A stretch of DNA of 64,000 nucleotides from Flaccisagitta enflata (Eukaryota), in the NCBI GenBank assembly GCA_965153355.1, contig OZ231126.1:47244001-47308000 (forward strand). The letters are read 5' to 3'. The translations under genes and the position numbers were made by a program. The notes under the pieces are model-generated. The model was not told the origin of the DNA, ran no database searches, and saw only the letters and a list, made by a program, of their open reading frames with translations. Positions 25,301 to 37,268 of this stretch are shown one piece after another (position 1 is the stretch's first letter; every line of letters starts with the position of its first letter).

Positions 25301-28300
25301 CATGCCGTCCTTCACTTTTAAAACTTTTTGTATGGCAGTGGGATCTTTACTATTGCGTCGCGGTGATTATCCAATATCAACCCGGAATCACAACGGCCAT
25401 TGACGAAGTCATAATGGCCAAATGCCCGGGGCCTGGATTCAACACCACCGAAACATTTACCGTCAACACTTTACTTCAAAACGTCACCATCGATCCACTG
25501 TAAGCAGGCCTGTATATGATTGAGTTCTCCCCCCCCCCCCTCGCCCAGCGAGGGTTTAGAGATGGAGAAGAGAAAGGATGGGGAAACAAGGCCGACACCT
25601 ATAAATCGCGTGCGAGACTTACAGATTGACTTAAAATTAGAATGACTTAGAATAACTTAGTATACCCTAAAATGACTTAAAATGACTTAGAGAAATAAAA
25701 TTGATAAAAAAAGTAAAAGTGTGATGGACTGACAGACCGACGAATGGACGGACGGACAAGGGGGGTATAGAGTCGCGTGCACGCGACTAAAAAAAGGAGC
25801 ACAAGTTGCGTCGGCACTTTCAAAAAAGTCAGACAGACAGACTGAAATTTTAAGTCGCGTGCACGCGACTACAACCTGCTCTGTCCGTCGGTCCGTCTGT
25901 TGGTTGGTCGGTTGGTCGGTCTGTCTGTCGGTAACGCTTAGCTTTTTTTCAGCGTTTTACGCCATTAGAAGTCATTTAATGACATTTTGAGTTATTTTGA
26001 GTCGATTTTCATCAAGTCTCTTAATCTTAAGTCTTTTAGTCTTTTGGTCTCATGTTCTTATCAACCGCACGCGACTGTAAGGTGTTGGCCCTGTTTTTTA
26101 AATGGACGTTTGAAATGGCCCGTTACTCCAACTCCACAAAGTTCTTTCTCCACCATTCAGAGACATAAAAAAACGATTTAAAAAGCCTTTATAAAACAGT
26201 TTTGTAACGGACCGACCAACCGACCGATGGACCGACTGAAAAGTATCACGCGACTAAAAAGAAGAGGGGAACAGGCACAAGATAAAACACTCGAAGAAGC
26301 ATACATAGTCTATACCTCGCCCATGTCCTAGAAATTGGGTAGGGTTGGTTTCATTTGGGGTATATTTTATTTAAGATATGCCTCAACTCAAGAATCGTTC
26401 CGCGATCCCAATAATCCATAAAACCATCTTCTGCTTCACCAACTTACATATACATGCTGTAAATTCTTTAGGTGTAAGGGGGCAGTTTTCACACCTTTAA
26501 TATAGGAACGAGTAATGAAATGTTCTAAGCCAAAAAACACAAGTATGAACATACCAACTTTTGTGCAGCAACCTCACCGATGCCGGCGTCGCTCAAAATC
26601 CACCAGGTGTTCTCTTCCAAGTTTTGAATGAGTCAAATCAATTTCCACCACCTTCGGTTCCTGTCGGCACCCCACTAATACTTCAGGTAACCTGTCAAGT
26701 CGGATGAAAACACATGCTCATCAATTAAGGACAATTCTTGCTCAATCCAGACCATGATAAACTGACAAAAGTTTTTCCTAATCTTAGCTTTTAACCATGC
26801 TCGTCATTCTGTACAACAAGTCAACAACCGTAGCACCAGTCCAGCAGTTTTTGACTCAAAATACGTACAGTGGGGTTTGTGGAATAACAGCCTAAACTGG
26901 AGGAAGGTATTTAAGTGTCTTAATTTTATTTGACAAACTTGATATAAGAAATATAAGTTGTTCACTCGATGCTTTTGTCCCTGAGTTTTTTGGTTGCTAT
27001 AGAAACCAAAATTATTTTTTCAAACATTTATAACGACTAAAATATCAATATTTTGAGAAATATTTTCAGGGAACATTGCTCAAAATTAAATTTGCTACAA
27101 CTTTCCCTCAGTATGTTCTGTAAGAATATTGCTCGTTTGGCCGTTGCTAGGGGGCATCACACCTAGCAACCGCTAAATGATGCTCCCTAGCAACGGCTAA
27201 ACGAGCAATATTCTTACAGGACATATTGTGGGAAAGTTGTAGCAAATTTAATTTTGAGCAATGTTCCCTGACAATATTTCTCAAAATATTGATATTTTAG
27301 TGATTATAAATGTTTGAAAAAATAATTTTGGTTTCCATAGCAACCAAAAAACTCAGGGACAAAAGCATCAAGTGAACAACTTATATTTCAAATATCAAGT
27401 TTGTCAAATGAAATTAAGACACTTAAATACCTTCCTCCGATTTAGGCTGTTATTCCACGAACCCCACTGTATACAACTTTTCTTGTGTTGATTATAGTTT
27501 GAAGCGCAAAATGCCGGCGTCAACGCAAGTGTGGACATCATCAAGTGCACTGCATACGCGTTTCCAAACAAAACTGGTGGCAGTCTCACGATCCTTCAAG
27601 ATGGTAGGTAGGCTCGACATAATAGCAACTTATTCAATTTCTTTGAATCTTGACATTGGATAGATGACATTGGACAGAGCGGCAGTCCCAAAGAAGCTGA
27701 TGTAGGGCTTGAAAAAGGTGAGCTCATAGATCTCAACATTTCAGATTTTCCTCTGAAATCAAATTCAACTGCGTGTAAGATAAAATCACCACGGCCAAAC
27801 GCTAGCTTCTAAGAATCCGGTAACGACACTAGTAGCTAGATCGTGAAGTTCTGTTTTGGATTCCGTCCAAAAATCGAGAGATCCATGCACCCCCGATTTT
27901 TAAAATCAAATCGATTGACATGATATCTCATACAATTTTCTGTTCATGCGCTCAAAGTTAAAGTCTGGGGACATAAAGGTCAACTTAAGCAAAGACAGTC
28001 ATACTTTTTTTTAATCTATAGTATTTCATATGTTTAATGGTCAATCTTTTTTTTATCGATGTCACTCAAAAGGTTTGGAAGATATTTCACTTTTCTTTCT
28101 AGATCTACTTCCTTACTCGCATGAAGATGTAGGTAAAGGTGATTTTTATGGCGCGATTTTTCATGTCATCGTTGCTGTCTTACTATGCTGTAGAGAGTTA
28201 CGCACATGCATTACCTTTCACATAAACTTTTTTTACGCGGCGCCAAATTGCGTCGCACTGACTGCAGCGTGCGGTCACACCCACTTTAGGAGCAGTAATG

Positions 28301-31300
28301 GATTGTCTGCGTATCATCTCATCTGTCCGTCCATTTACTTGTTGGTTTTAGCCAGTCAGTCTCTCTTTCTCAACGCGTAATGATACATTGCAAAGCTAAC
28401 TCTGACTTGGCGAAAATGTCGGTGGAGATGAGTTTTAGAAAGAAGTCGTAGAATAAGTGTTACCTTTTTTCCCACTTTTTCGAAGAAAAAAGTTTGTAAA
28501 ACATCAAAACGAGTAATGCTGAAGACTTTTGATTTCCACAGTTTTATTCAGCGTCCTCACTTTAGCCAAATTGCTAAAAATCTTTTTCGAGCGAGCTTTT
28601 TTACCCCCGCTGATATCGCCCCCTAGCTGATGACCTCGACCTAAGAATTCATGGATTTCACAAGTATCTGTTTTGGTATCGAATTCAGTATGTTTATTCA
28701 GTATGTTTATTCTAAAATGAAACCTAGGATGGTGGCATAACCCAACGACCAATAAAAATACAAACTAAGAATTACGTTGTAGAACGAGAGAAAGGAAAGG
28801 AGGAAGATGCGAAGGAAAGGAAAGATGTGGGGGGGGAGGAGGGAAAGAAGGGAGGAAGAAAGGACGCATTATGTACATAGTTTTAAGTGTATTTCTAAAA
28901 CAGAGCACGCTACTGTTGGCCTGTAGGGCTTGTTTTTTACCCCTTTGATGATTTTTCCCCACTTCTAACCCCTTGAAACATTCCCACCCAACTTCGTGCA
29001 TCCCTGTTTCTGGGAAGTATGGTCAACAAGAATACAATATCACATAGGTAAACAGTATCACAAGAGCATCAATGGAGGATTTTTATTTATTTGAGCTAAC
29101 TCACAATATCCCTTTTATAGTTCATTGAATCATTTATAAAGCAGATACATTTTACACCTCATAGGTTGTCCAACACCTGAAGCAGCAAACGTCATTCAAC
29201 CCCCAGAGCAGGATCCACTTAATCCTAACATAGTAACAGCAAATCTCTCGGCATTTCAATTTGATGGTTCAAACCAAATATACTTCGACTGCGTGGTGGA
29301 AATTTGTGGGAATTATCCGGAAATATGCACTGTGGTAAGCCCTTGGAAGACAGAATTGGATAGGCGGGGCAGGTAGACTAGACAATGCAATACATTTAGC
29401 AAATTAAATTCTTCCTTGACTTCTGTCCCCATTCCCCCCCCCCCTCAAAAGGGAGACTGTGGTCCAACAGCTGTTTTTGATGACAACGGAAAAAATGACT
29501 ATTACTATTACTACTATGATGATCAAAACAAGATCAAGTATGCTAAGATGGAGACAAGCAAGACCGACGTTGATGTAACAGGCAAGCCAGATGAATATTG
29601 AACTGAAACCTTTTTGTAACAGCCTGAGCAGGAAATTTTGCATAGAGGTGCATATTCCGGAAGCTGCCGCGCAGCAGAATTTGACAGCATTGGCTGGCGC
29701 ACACTGAACTTCCAAATAAGACATCAAATTTCCTTGTCATTCACTCAAGAAACTAGGAAAAACCTACGAACATACGAACTTCTTTATTTCTTTTTCTTAC
29801 AGATAAGCTCATTTTTGATATTTTCATATAAGCCAATATTACATTTTCACCACATTTTTCCCCTGCCTACTGCCCCTGCTGCACATATCTGCCTCCCTGC
29901 TGCGTAACATTGCTACTTGGTTACACGGAATCTGCACAAACAGTGATGAAGAAGTGTGTTATATCAAATCATATTAATACAATATTAATAAAATGCACAT
30001 GAAATACGGCAGTCTAGTAATTTAAAGTTCTAGACTAATGGAAATGAAAAGCTCTGAAGTATGAATTGATTGAAAGTTAATATGCCATAGTTTCCTCAAA
30101 TCTTAGTCAAATGAATAGATATAACTAGTAACTTAAATTTTTCATCTTTTTGTGACAGTTATTTTCAAAACCCGATCACGCATTGGTATGACCATCTGAC
30201 ATTCAACAAGGCCGGATTCACGGCAATCCAGTCGCGGACGGTTGGGCAGGAGCAGTAATGCGAAAACCGCTCGGAATTCAAAAATGTGACAGACGGACGG
30301 ACCGACCTACCGACATACCGACCGACATGGCAAGGTGTAGAGTCGCGTGTCCGCGACTAAAAAGCCTTGACTGTTGAAGAACATAAAACAAGATTAATAT
30401 GAGAGAGGGTAATGATTCCCTTTTGCCAAATTTGGCTGGAAAGGCTCCAAAATGGGAAACCCATCTTATTTTTAAAACGTTTTTTAGGACAACCATTGTG
30501 TGAATAAATGACGGTTAACTCAAAACCACCTGACGGTAGTTTGAACGGATGATGTGTAAACTGTCACCCTTGGGTGCTTCACATAGCAAAAGTTGGTTAT
30601 TTTTTTTCACCCTATTCACTTAATGTGGAGTAATTAATTTTAGAACCCTTACCATTTTTATTTTAACAAAAATCGTTCATCATCCTTTTAGAAAATTCTT
30701 TTTAGGGACCTAATTTACATAATGCAGTGGGATAAATCAATATGCTGATAATCTTTTAACTAACTATTACTAATTTTTTCTCTTTAAAAATTGTTTATGT
30801 AATTTTTAAGTATTCTCTTTTATAGTTCATGTTCTAATATCTTAGTCTCTTCTCACAAAAACCAGAATTTTTTAAAACAAAAAAATGTCCTGTTGCAAAC
30901 AAAACTACACAGGATTTTGCTGATTTCTGGGATTTCTGTTGTAACTTTAATGCCTAATCAAAAACGGAAGATGAAAGAATTTTGAAGAAGAAAATAATCA
31001 TCTTCATAATTTTTGCTTCTCCATATTACCTTAATAGGGTGAAGGGATAGTCCAAAATTTTTCTATGTGATGCACCCAACTGTCACCCTCAGGTACTTCA
31101 AACAGCAAATGTTTGGAACTTCTTTTCCTCCCATTAACCCAATATTATGAGCCCAATTCTATCTTTTTTTCTTCAAATCATTCTATTTTATCTTCACGTT
31201 CTGATTTTTGATACCTTTTTGCATGGTGCAGTGAGGGAAATGAGCAACAAGTTACTATCAGTAGCGGGAAAATATTCCATTCTTTCTTTCCCAAACTACA

Positions 31301-32667
31301 GATGATGTGGAAATGATCAACGACAACCCTATCGAATCACAGAAAATGCAAAAAATGCAGCTTGTAACGCCAAAACGGTAAGTTTCGTAAAAGACATTTG
31401 ACGTAATGTTAACCTTATCATTAGAGTACGGAATACATAATTCTAATTCTCCTCATCCTAGATCTAGCAATGATCAATCTACAATCTCCATACTATCTAG
31501 AACATAAGTATATCGACAGTATGGGGATTGGTTAATTTAACAGTATAGGAATCATAGAAAAACCGCCAAAACATGTCAGATACTTAATAATACGTCTTTG
31601 GGCTTCAACACATATTTGTATGTGGATTTTCTAAGCACTTTAACACAAATGCTTTGTATAAATGCATGATAACTATCCCTCATAAAAATTTTTTTTTAAA
31701 AATTCCTTAGTGTATGCCATGGTCTCCCTTTTGCTTCAGTTGCAATCCCAATGATTCAGAGAGGTTGAAATCAACCAAGATAATGTAGCAAAGGTGTTGG
31801 GCGCTGTAATTAGGACCAAAAATAGGGTGGAAAAAACCTCCAATCTATCTGAAAGGAGACTTAGTAACTTGTAAAGAAACTAGATGCATTTTTTTGGCCA
31901 TTTTCTAATTGAAGTATCAAACTTGTTTTGCCTGTCAATTCTAAACGCCTTGAGCTAAAAGGATGCGGTTTGCGGCATTTGGTCAGAAATTCGAAATAGT
32001 TTCAGAATCTCACTGATTTTTATACAAATTTTTTATTCTTAACAGAGTTATTGCTTAAAATGCCTGTCGATATACATATGTTCTATATAGTACATAGGGA
32101 CATAAACGAACAGTTCCCATAGTTAGGCAAAGAAGTGCATGTAACTACACGACAGTTCACAATCATGATTTCTGGCTCAAACGTCGAGAAGCATGACGTG
32201 AGCTTGTGTTTAAAATTTCAAGGCAATCGCATCAATATTTTAGAAATTACAGCCGTTTTTATATATGACAAGAAAAATGAAAAACCGACAGTGTTTTTTT
32301 CCATTCTCTCACTGAACTTGCCCCCAATAAAAATTTCAAATTTTTGAAAAAAAAGCTTAAAAACAACAGTCCTCGACTGTAGTCTATTTGGTGTCTGACC
32401 CGGCTACTCAGTCTGACCCAGCTACCGATTGCATACCTTGAAGTCCATGGTGGCATACCTTGCAGCCTATGATGGCATACCTTGAAGTCCATGGTGGCAT
32501 ACCTTGCAGCCTATGATGGCATACCTTATAATCCAACAAAAAAAAAAGATACATAACAAAAAATTTTCCACAAAATTTCAAAAAAAAAAAAAATTTAAAA
32601 AAAAAAAAATTTTTTTTCAAAAAAAAAAAAAAATATTCAAAAAAAAATTTTTTTCAAAAGAAAAAAA

Positions 32668-32698
<31 letters not shown>

Positions 32699-35600
32699 TT
32701 CAAAAAAAATTTTTTTTCAAAAAAAAATTCTTAAGTCCAGGAAATAATGTTACTAGATACATCATAAATACCCTTATATTTTCTCAACCAATACTCAGAA
32801 TTTACTGAAATCTTGCAGGGGAGCTTTAATTGATGCAATGAACCTTCACAACAAGTTTGAACAACATTGATGAATCTTTACTACCCTTCCCCTATGTGAT
32901 GTGTGCAACCTATGTAAATTACACAAGTCTAGGAATTAATTTTACTAGAAAAATACCCTTATATCTTCTAAACCAATACTCAGAATTGTCTGAAACCTTG
33001 CAGGGGAGCTTTAATTGGTGCAATGAACCTTCACAACAAGTTTAAACAACATTGGTGAACCTTTCCTACCCAGGAATTGATATTACTACAAAAATAATAG
33101 ACAAAGGGTATCAAATATTTATGAATGTTGTTGAAAGTTGGTACACAGGATAGTAATGCCCTAAAAATAACACTGACCAAGTTTCATCAACATCTGAGTA
33201 CTGGTTCCCAAGTTTTTAAGGGTTGACACAACGACAAACGAACGGCTTACTACACAATCAAGGCTATGTTATAGTCCTCGACGTAAACTGATCGTCGAGG
33301 ACAAAAAAAGTATTTTCCAGGGTATTGGATCTAGGCAAATTAAGTCATTTCCTATCGATTGCACCCTACTTTTGAAGACCATTTTCCAAAAAAAAATTCA
33401 TGATCTTTTTTTCTAAGGCCCTAAGTCACAACACAAAAAAATTCAAAGTTTTTTTAAAAAAGTCAAATTTCAAGATTTTGGATCTAGGCGAATTAGGTCA
33501 TTTCCAATCTATTGCACCCCACTTTTTTTTTCAAAAAAAATTCTCTTTAGGGGCTTTTTTGGGGGCCCTTAGGGGCCCCTTAGAAGTTAAAAAATTTTGG
33601 CTTACATAGAGAAAGCCGTGTAAGAAATCGAATCTCTGTCAAACAAAACCAAGAACATCTAGATCGGTGGTGATTTACGCCTGTCGTGAGCCTAGACACT
33701 TAAGGGGGCGAGTTTTTTTCAAACGGAGATGCGATTCCAGCCTTATAATTACTAAGTTGTAGCTCGTCCCCTACCATAGTCTTCCCGCTACTTTCCATCG
33801 GCCATCTAATTCATCTTTAAATCAGGACCAAGGAACATGATGAAAACGAAATCATCGAAGTGGAGCTTTCATTGAATGTCTTTGATCCAGAAGAGTCGGT
33901 CGTCATAAAAACAGGTACTGATGAGTGATGTGATAAGTAGGAATTATAGATCATCAAGTGTCGGTCTGCAAATCAAACGGTCGTTTTTTCTTATCGACCT
34001 GCAGTGTCTTCAAGCTGATGTCGATTCCTAGAGTTTCCATGCTCCTTGAAAAAAATTACTAACATAACTGTTCATTGGTCCTTAGGGTACAACTTGAGCG
34101 CGTCGTCAAGCATTTTTCTGGAGCCTAAGACCGAAACTTGGGGCATGTCTAGAAAGACAGAATTGGATACATTAGCAGCTCTGGAGCGAGGTAAATAACT
34201 TGGTTAAGCGCTACTAAGCAAGAGAATCATTAAAGTTCTTATGATTGGCTTGGTTATCAACCGTTGGTAGACTAAGAACTGGTTATCAGGAATCTGATGT
34301 CAAATCAGGATACCCAGACGCCATCTTTGTGTTTCATAACAGACCCGTTTATGGACACGTTCCCCATTCCTGACGCAACCATGACCGGGGTGCCACTGAG
34401 AAGTCCTGTCAAATGGATGAAGCAACATGCGGGGCTCCTAGTCATGGTAAATTTAACTGAGTGACTAAACAATACAATAATCGACGTGACTGAAAAGGGA
34501 AACATCCAAGGGACTGGCACTGAGATGACAGATGACTAATAGGTGTAATCAATGACAGTCAAAAGTCTAATCAACATATTATGTAAGAACTCCTCACATA
34601 CTTTTAAGTTGCGTATACACAACTCTTGCATGAGGCTTTAGACGTCTGTCAGGCCCTGTCGGCCCGTCGCGTCGGTCCATCCATTGGTCCGCAAGTCCAT
34701 AATGTGGAAAAACGAGTGTTACAGAGTGTTTTTGTGTTGGGGGATGGATGGGGGTTGGACGCCTTTACTCACCCGTCCGCAACGATATTGTGGCCCGCGT
34801 CACTCGTCATTCATGAAATTTGTTTACAGGTCGGGGCGTCGCTTTTCATAGTAGGCGTTGGCCTTATTCTCCTCTTACCGGCCTCTCCATTTTCATTTCG
34901 TAATGGAAGCAAGCATTCGAGAAAGAAAGTAAGATTATCAACTAGTTCGAAGCCATGAGACAAGAAGTTCAGTTCAAACGTTAAGAAGGACTCATCCAAG
35001 CATATATGGTCCTTAAACAATAAGGTAGCGCAAGCTAACACTTGTATTAGTCGCGTAACTCCCCAAAGGCATTTTCGTTCTAAAAAGCTGGGCGAAGACG
35101 ACGCAAAGAACCCACACCCCTGGCCCTACGAATCCAGAGGCATGGCATCTTTCGAAGCGTCCGACTTGAGCATAAACAACCTGAACATGTCGTCTTCATC
35201 AAAGTAATGTGGATGGGATAGATTCATTGTAGTTCCGTGACTTAGGTTTTTAGTCGGTCGGTCTGTCTTCCTGCAATTTTTTGTTGTCGCCGTGTCTCGA
35301 TCTCTGCCCGATGACCAAAAAAGGTTCTGCAACTTCCCTGGTCATCCTCATGCAACTTAGAATGTGGATGCACGCCAAATACATTTATGCAAAAACCACC
35401 TTATCGAACATAGTTTCTAAGTTACAACAATTGTAAAATCCAAGTTTGCTAATTCATTTCATTCTCAATTCATTCGCTCAGTTTCCCAAGTAACCAAAGC
35501 ATGCATTTTGAAAACATTTCTCCTAATTCGGAAGAAGATAACGAATCATGTGGAATGGGACTCGTAACATTGGCTAATATGGAAGAGGAGGAGGAGGAAC

Positions 35601-35980
35601 TAAAGGGATCGACTTCTACGACGGACAACCTCGCGCCCCCTTCCCCTTCCGAAATATTCCACACCCCGAGACAGACGTTACCTTTTAATTGCATGAGTTT
35701 CGCAACTTCTCCCGCGACCGCCCCGCCAGCTTTTCACCCCTCTTCCTCCACTTCATCTTCGCCAATGACGGCATCATCGAGGGTTGGTGACGTCGAATTT
35801 AGCGATTTCCGTCACCCGAATGGTCGTCAGCCGATGGAAACTCCCCGTGATACGCATTTTGTCAGAAACCCCGTTGGCGAAATAGACTGCTTAGAGCCGC
35901 TGCCCGCCAGTCAATACTCGTACTTTCGTAACGTATCGTGGACGGAAGATCCCGCATTTTGTAACGAAGTTTATTACTAA
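22400..35980 (+). CDS. EGF-like (x2) plus zona pellucida (ZP) domain type I membrane protein, ~842 aa, long cytoplasmic tail
   Basis: Phase-consistent exons: 22400-22505 (signal-like), 23126-23298, 23701-23885, 24226-24290 (EGF: CLNDGTCYLWHHKPNCYCTELFYGPNC), 24456-24526, 24775-24930, 25339-25499 (ZP-N), 26569-26686, 27498-27603, 29165-29334 (ZP-C: DGCP...AFQFDGSNQIYFDCVVEIC), 29452-29581, 31302-31377, 33826-33914, 34086-34190, 34343-34446, 34830-34928 (TM GLLVMVGASLFIVGVGLILLL spans these last two), 35088-35203, 35482-35980. Two joins need GC donors; the exons after the ZP domain are less certain. Confidence 0.85.
22760..23070. mobile_element. hAT-type MITE
   Basis: CAGGCCTGTATATTCTTGAG...CTCAAGAATATACACCCCTG with 8-bp TSD TATTTCCA; sister copy in opposite orientation at 50342-50645. 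Confidence 0.88.
23329..23525 (-). mobile_element. HINE family A copy (related copies at ~8330, 11420, 25586, 25850, 30205, 41650, 49590, 50860, 51105, 62390)
   Basis: AACAAGGCCGGATACACGGCTACCCCAGTCGCGTGCGGGTGGGCAGG...(GACG/GACC)n...AGAGTCGCGTAGCACGCGACTAA. Confidence 0.85.
26868..27469. mobile_element. Near-perfect palindromic TA-MITE
   Basis: TA|CAGTGGGGTTTGTGGAATAACAGCCTAAA...TTTAGGCTGTTATTCCACGAACCCCACTG|TA; shares its internal core with the 9497 family. Confidence 0.9.
32359..33309 (-). mobile_element. HINE-like element with 22/44-bp repeats, an A/T-run tract and a ~180-bp internal duplication
   Basis: Hairpin GTCCTCGACG-TAAACTGAT-CGTCGAGGAC next to an A-run at 33274-33309; GTCCTCGAC recurs beside AACAA at the other end. 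Confidence 0.55.
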
Positions 35981-37268
35981 TCTACAGCTCCTTGAAATAA
36001 CTACATTTTTGATCTTTATACCGTCTGTCTTTAGCTGTAATGCCGAAACTTTTACGCGTTTGAACCTAAATATTGTGATATATAAGAAAATCGAAGCAAA
36101 ATCCATCTTACTCGCGCGATTCTAAGCGCTTGGCAGCCGAGCTATTTTAACATCAATCTAGGATAAGTAGCTAAATAGCTCTGTCAACCCAATATTTGGC
36201 GAGTTTTCTTTTTTATTCTTCTGTTACGCACTGGCGAAGTAGCTAAGAATCATTTAGGCCACTGAAGAAAAAAAAAAACAGATCAAAAGTAGAAACCAGA
36301 CCTAGATGTAAAATATCGATATAGAATGAACCGAGTATCGGACCATCATTACACATATGAAGCACATTTGGAAAAATTACGTAAAAATCACAAACCGGGA
36401 AGCAAAATACCAAAATTGCGCACATAACAACCGATTCAATCATTTTCTCAATCGCACATAGATAAAATAGGTGGACAGATTCTGACCTTCAAACAGAACA
36501 TGTAAATTACAATTTGTTTACGCAGACTTTTAAAGACTTGAAATATCAACTACAATTATGTACCTAATTTCTTTCACAAAAAAAGCTTATTCAAACACCA
36601 AGAAATAAAGCTAGGGGAATGAGATTCTCCTTAATGATTTAGAATATGAGGGGGTGATGGGGTAAAATGGGCCACCCACTTCATTCTACCCAAGAGTAAG
36701 TTTCCGCAAAATTCCTGTCTTCATCAAAAACTAAACTTCTATAATTATCAAAATCGCCAATATCTTTCTTCAAAAAAGGTGAGTCATCCATTTAACCCCA
36801 CCCTACAACATTACCGCGGACAATGGCGATAGAAATCCACTTGGGTAAAACGATATGCAAGCCCAACTGAAATGTCCGCACATCTGTCTCTCCGTGACGA
36901 AAAACGTTTTCTCCTTCTTTAAAAACAATTTTTACGATCAAATTCACTATTAGCAAAATGCGTCCTTGCCCAATCCTAGCCTATCAATACGGAAACGCCG
37001 AATTCTCAAAGTAAAACAGGTTTTTAGTGCAAAACCGTAGGAAAGCTTTTCGATTCATTTCCATGTATCAATTTTTTTAAAACTACCCGTTGCCAAATGT
37101 GAGCCTTTCAGCCCCAGATGCCCGCGACCTAAAATAAATCCATCTAAGAGCTAAAGATAGGAGCACAACTACGGGATCATAGTCTCCGCATTAACAATTC
37201 GGAATATATTCCATGCAGTAGAACTAAATATTTTCTTCGGTGATCAATGTTGAAAATCGCCCGTTTTA

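Noticed and set aside
26811-26864. Possible extra exon in the ZP gene before the MITE
   Set aside because: Exons 26569-26686 and 27498-27603 already join in phase with sensible ZP-C sequence; adding this segment breaks the frame.
28608-28630. CTCF-like motif (TCAGCTAGGGGGCGA on minus), and TAGATGGCGC at ~1863
   Set aside because: Single short motif matches with no supporting evidence; the first lies in probable repeat sequence.
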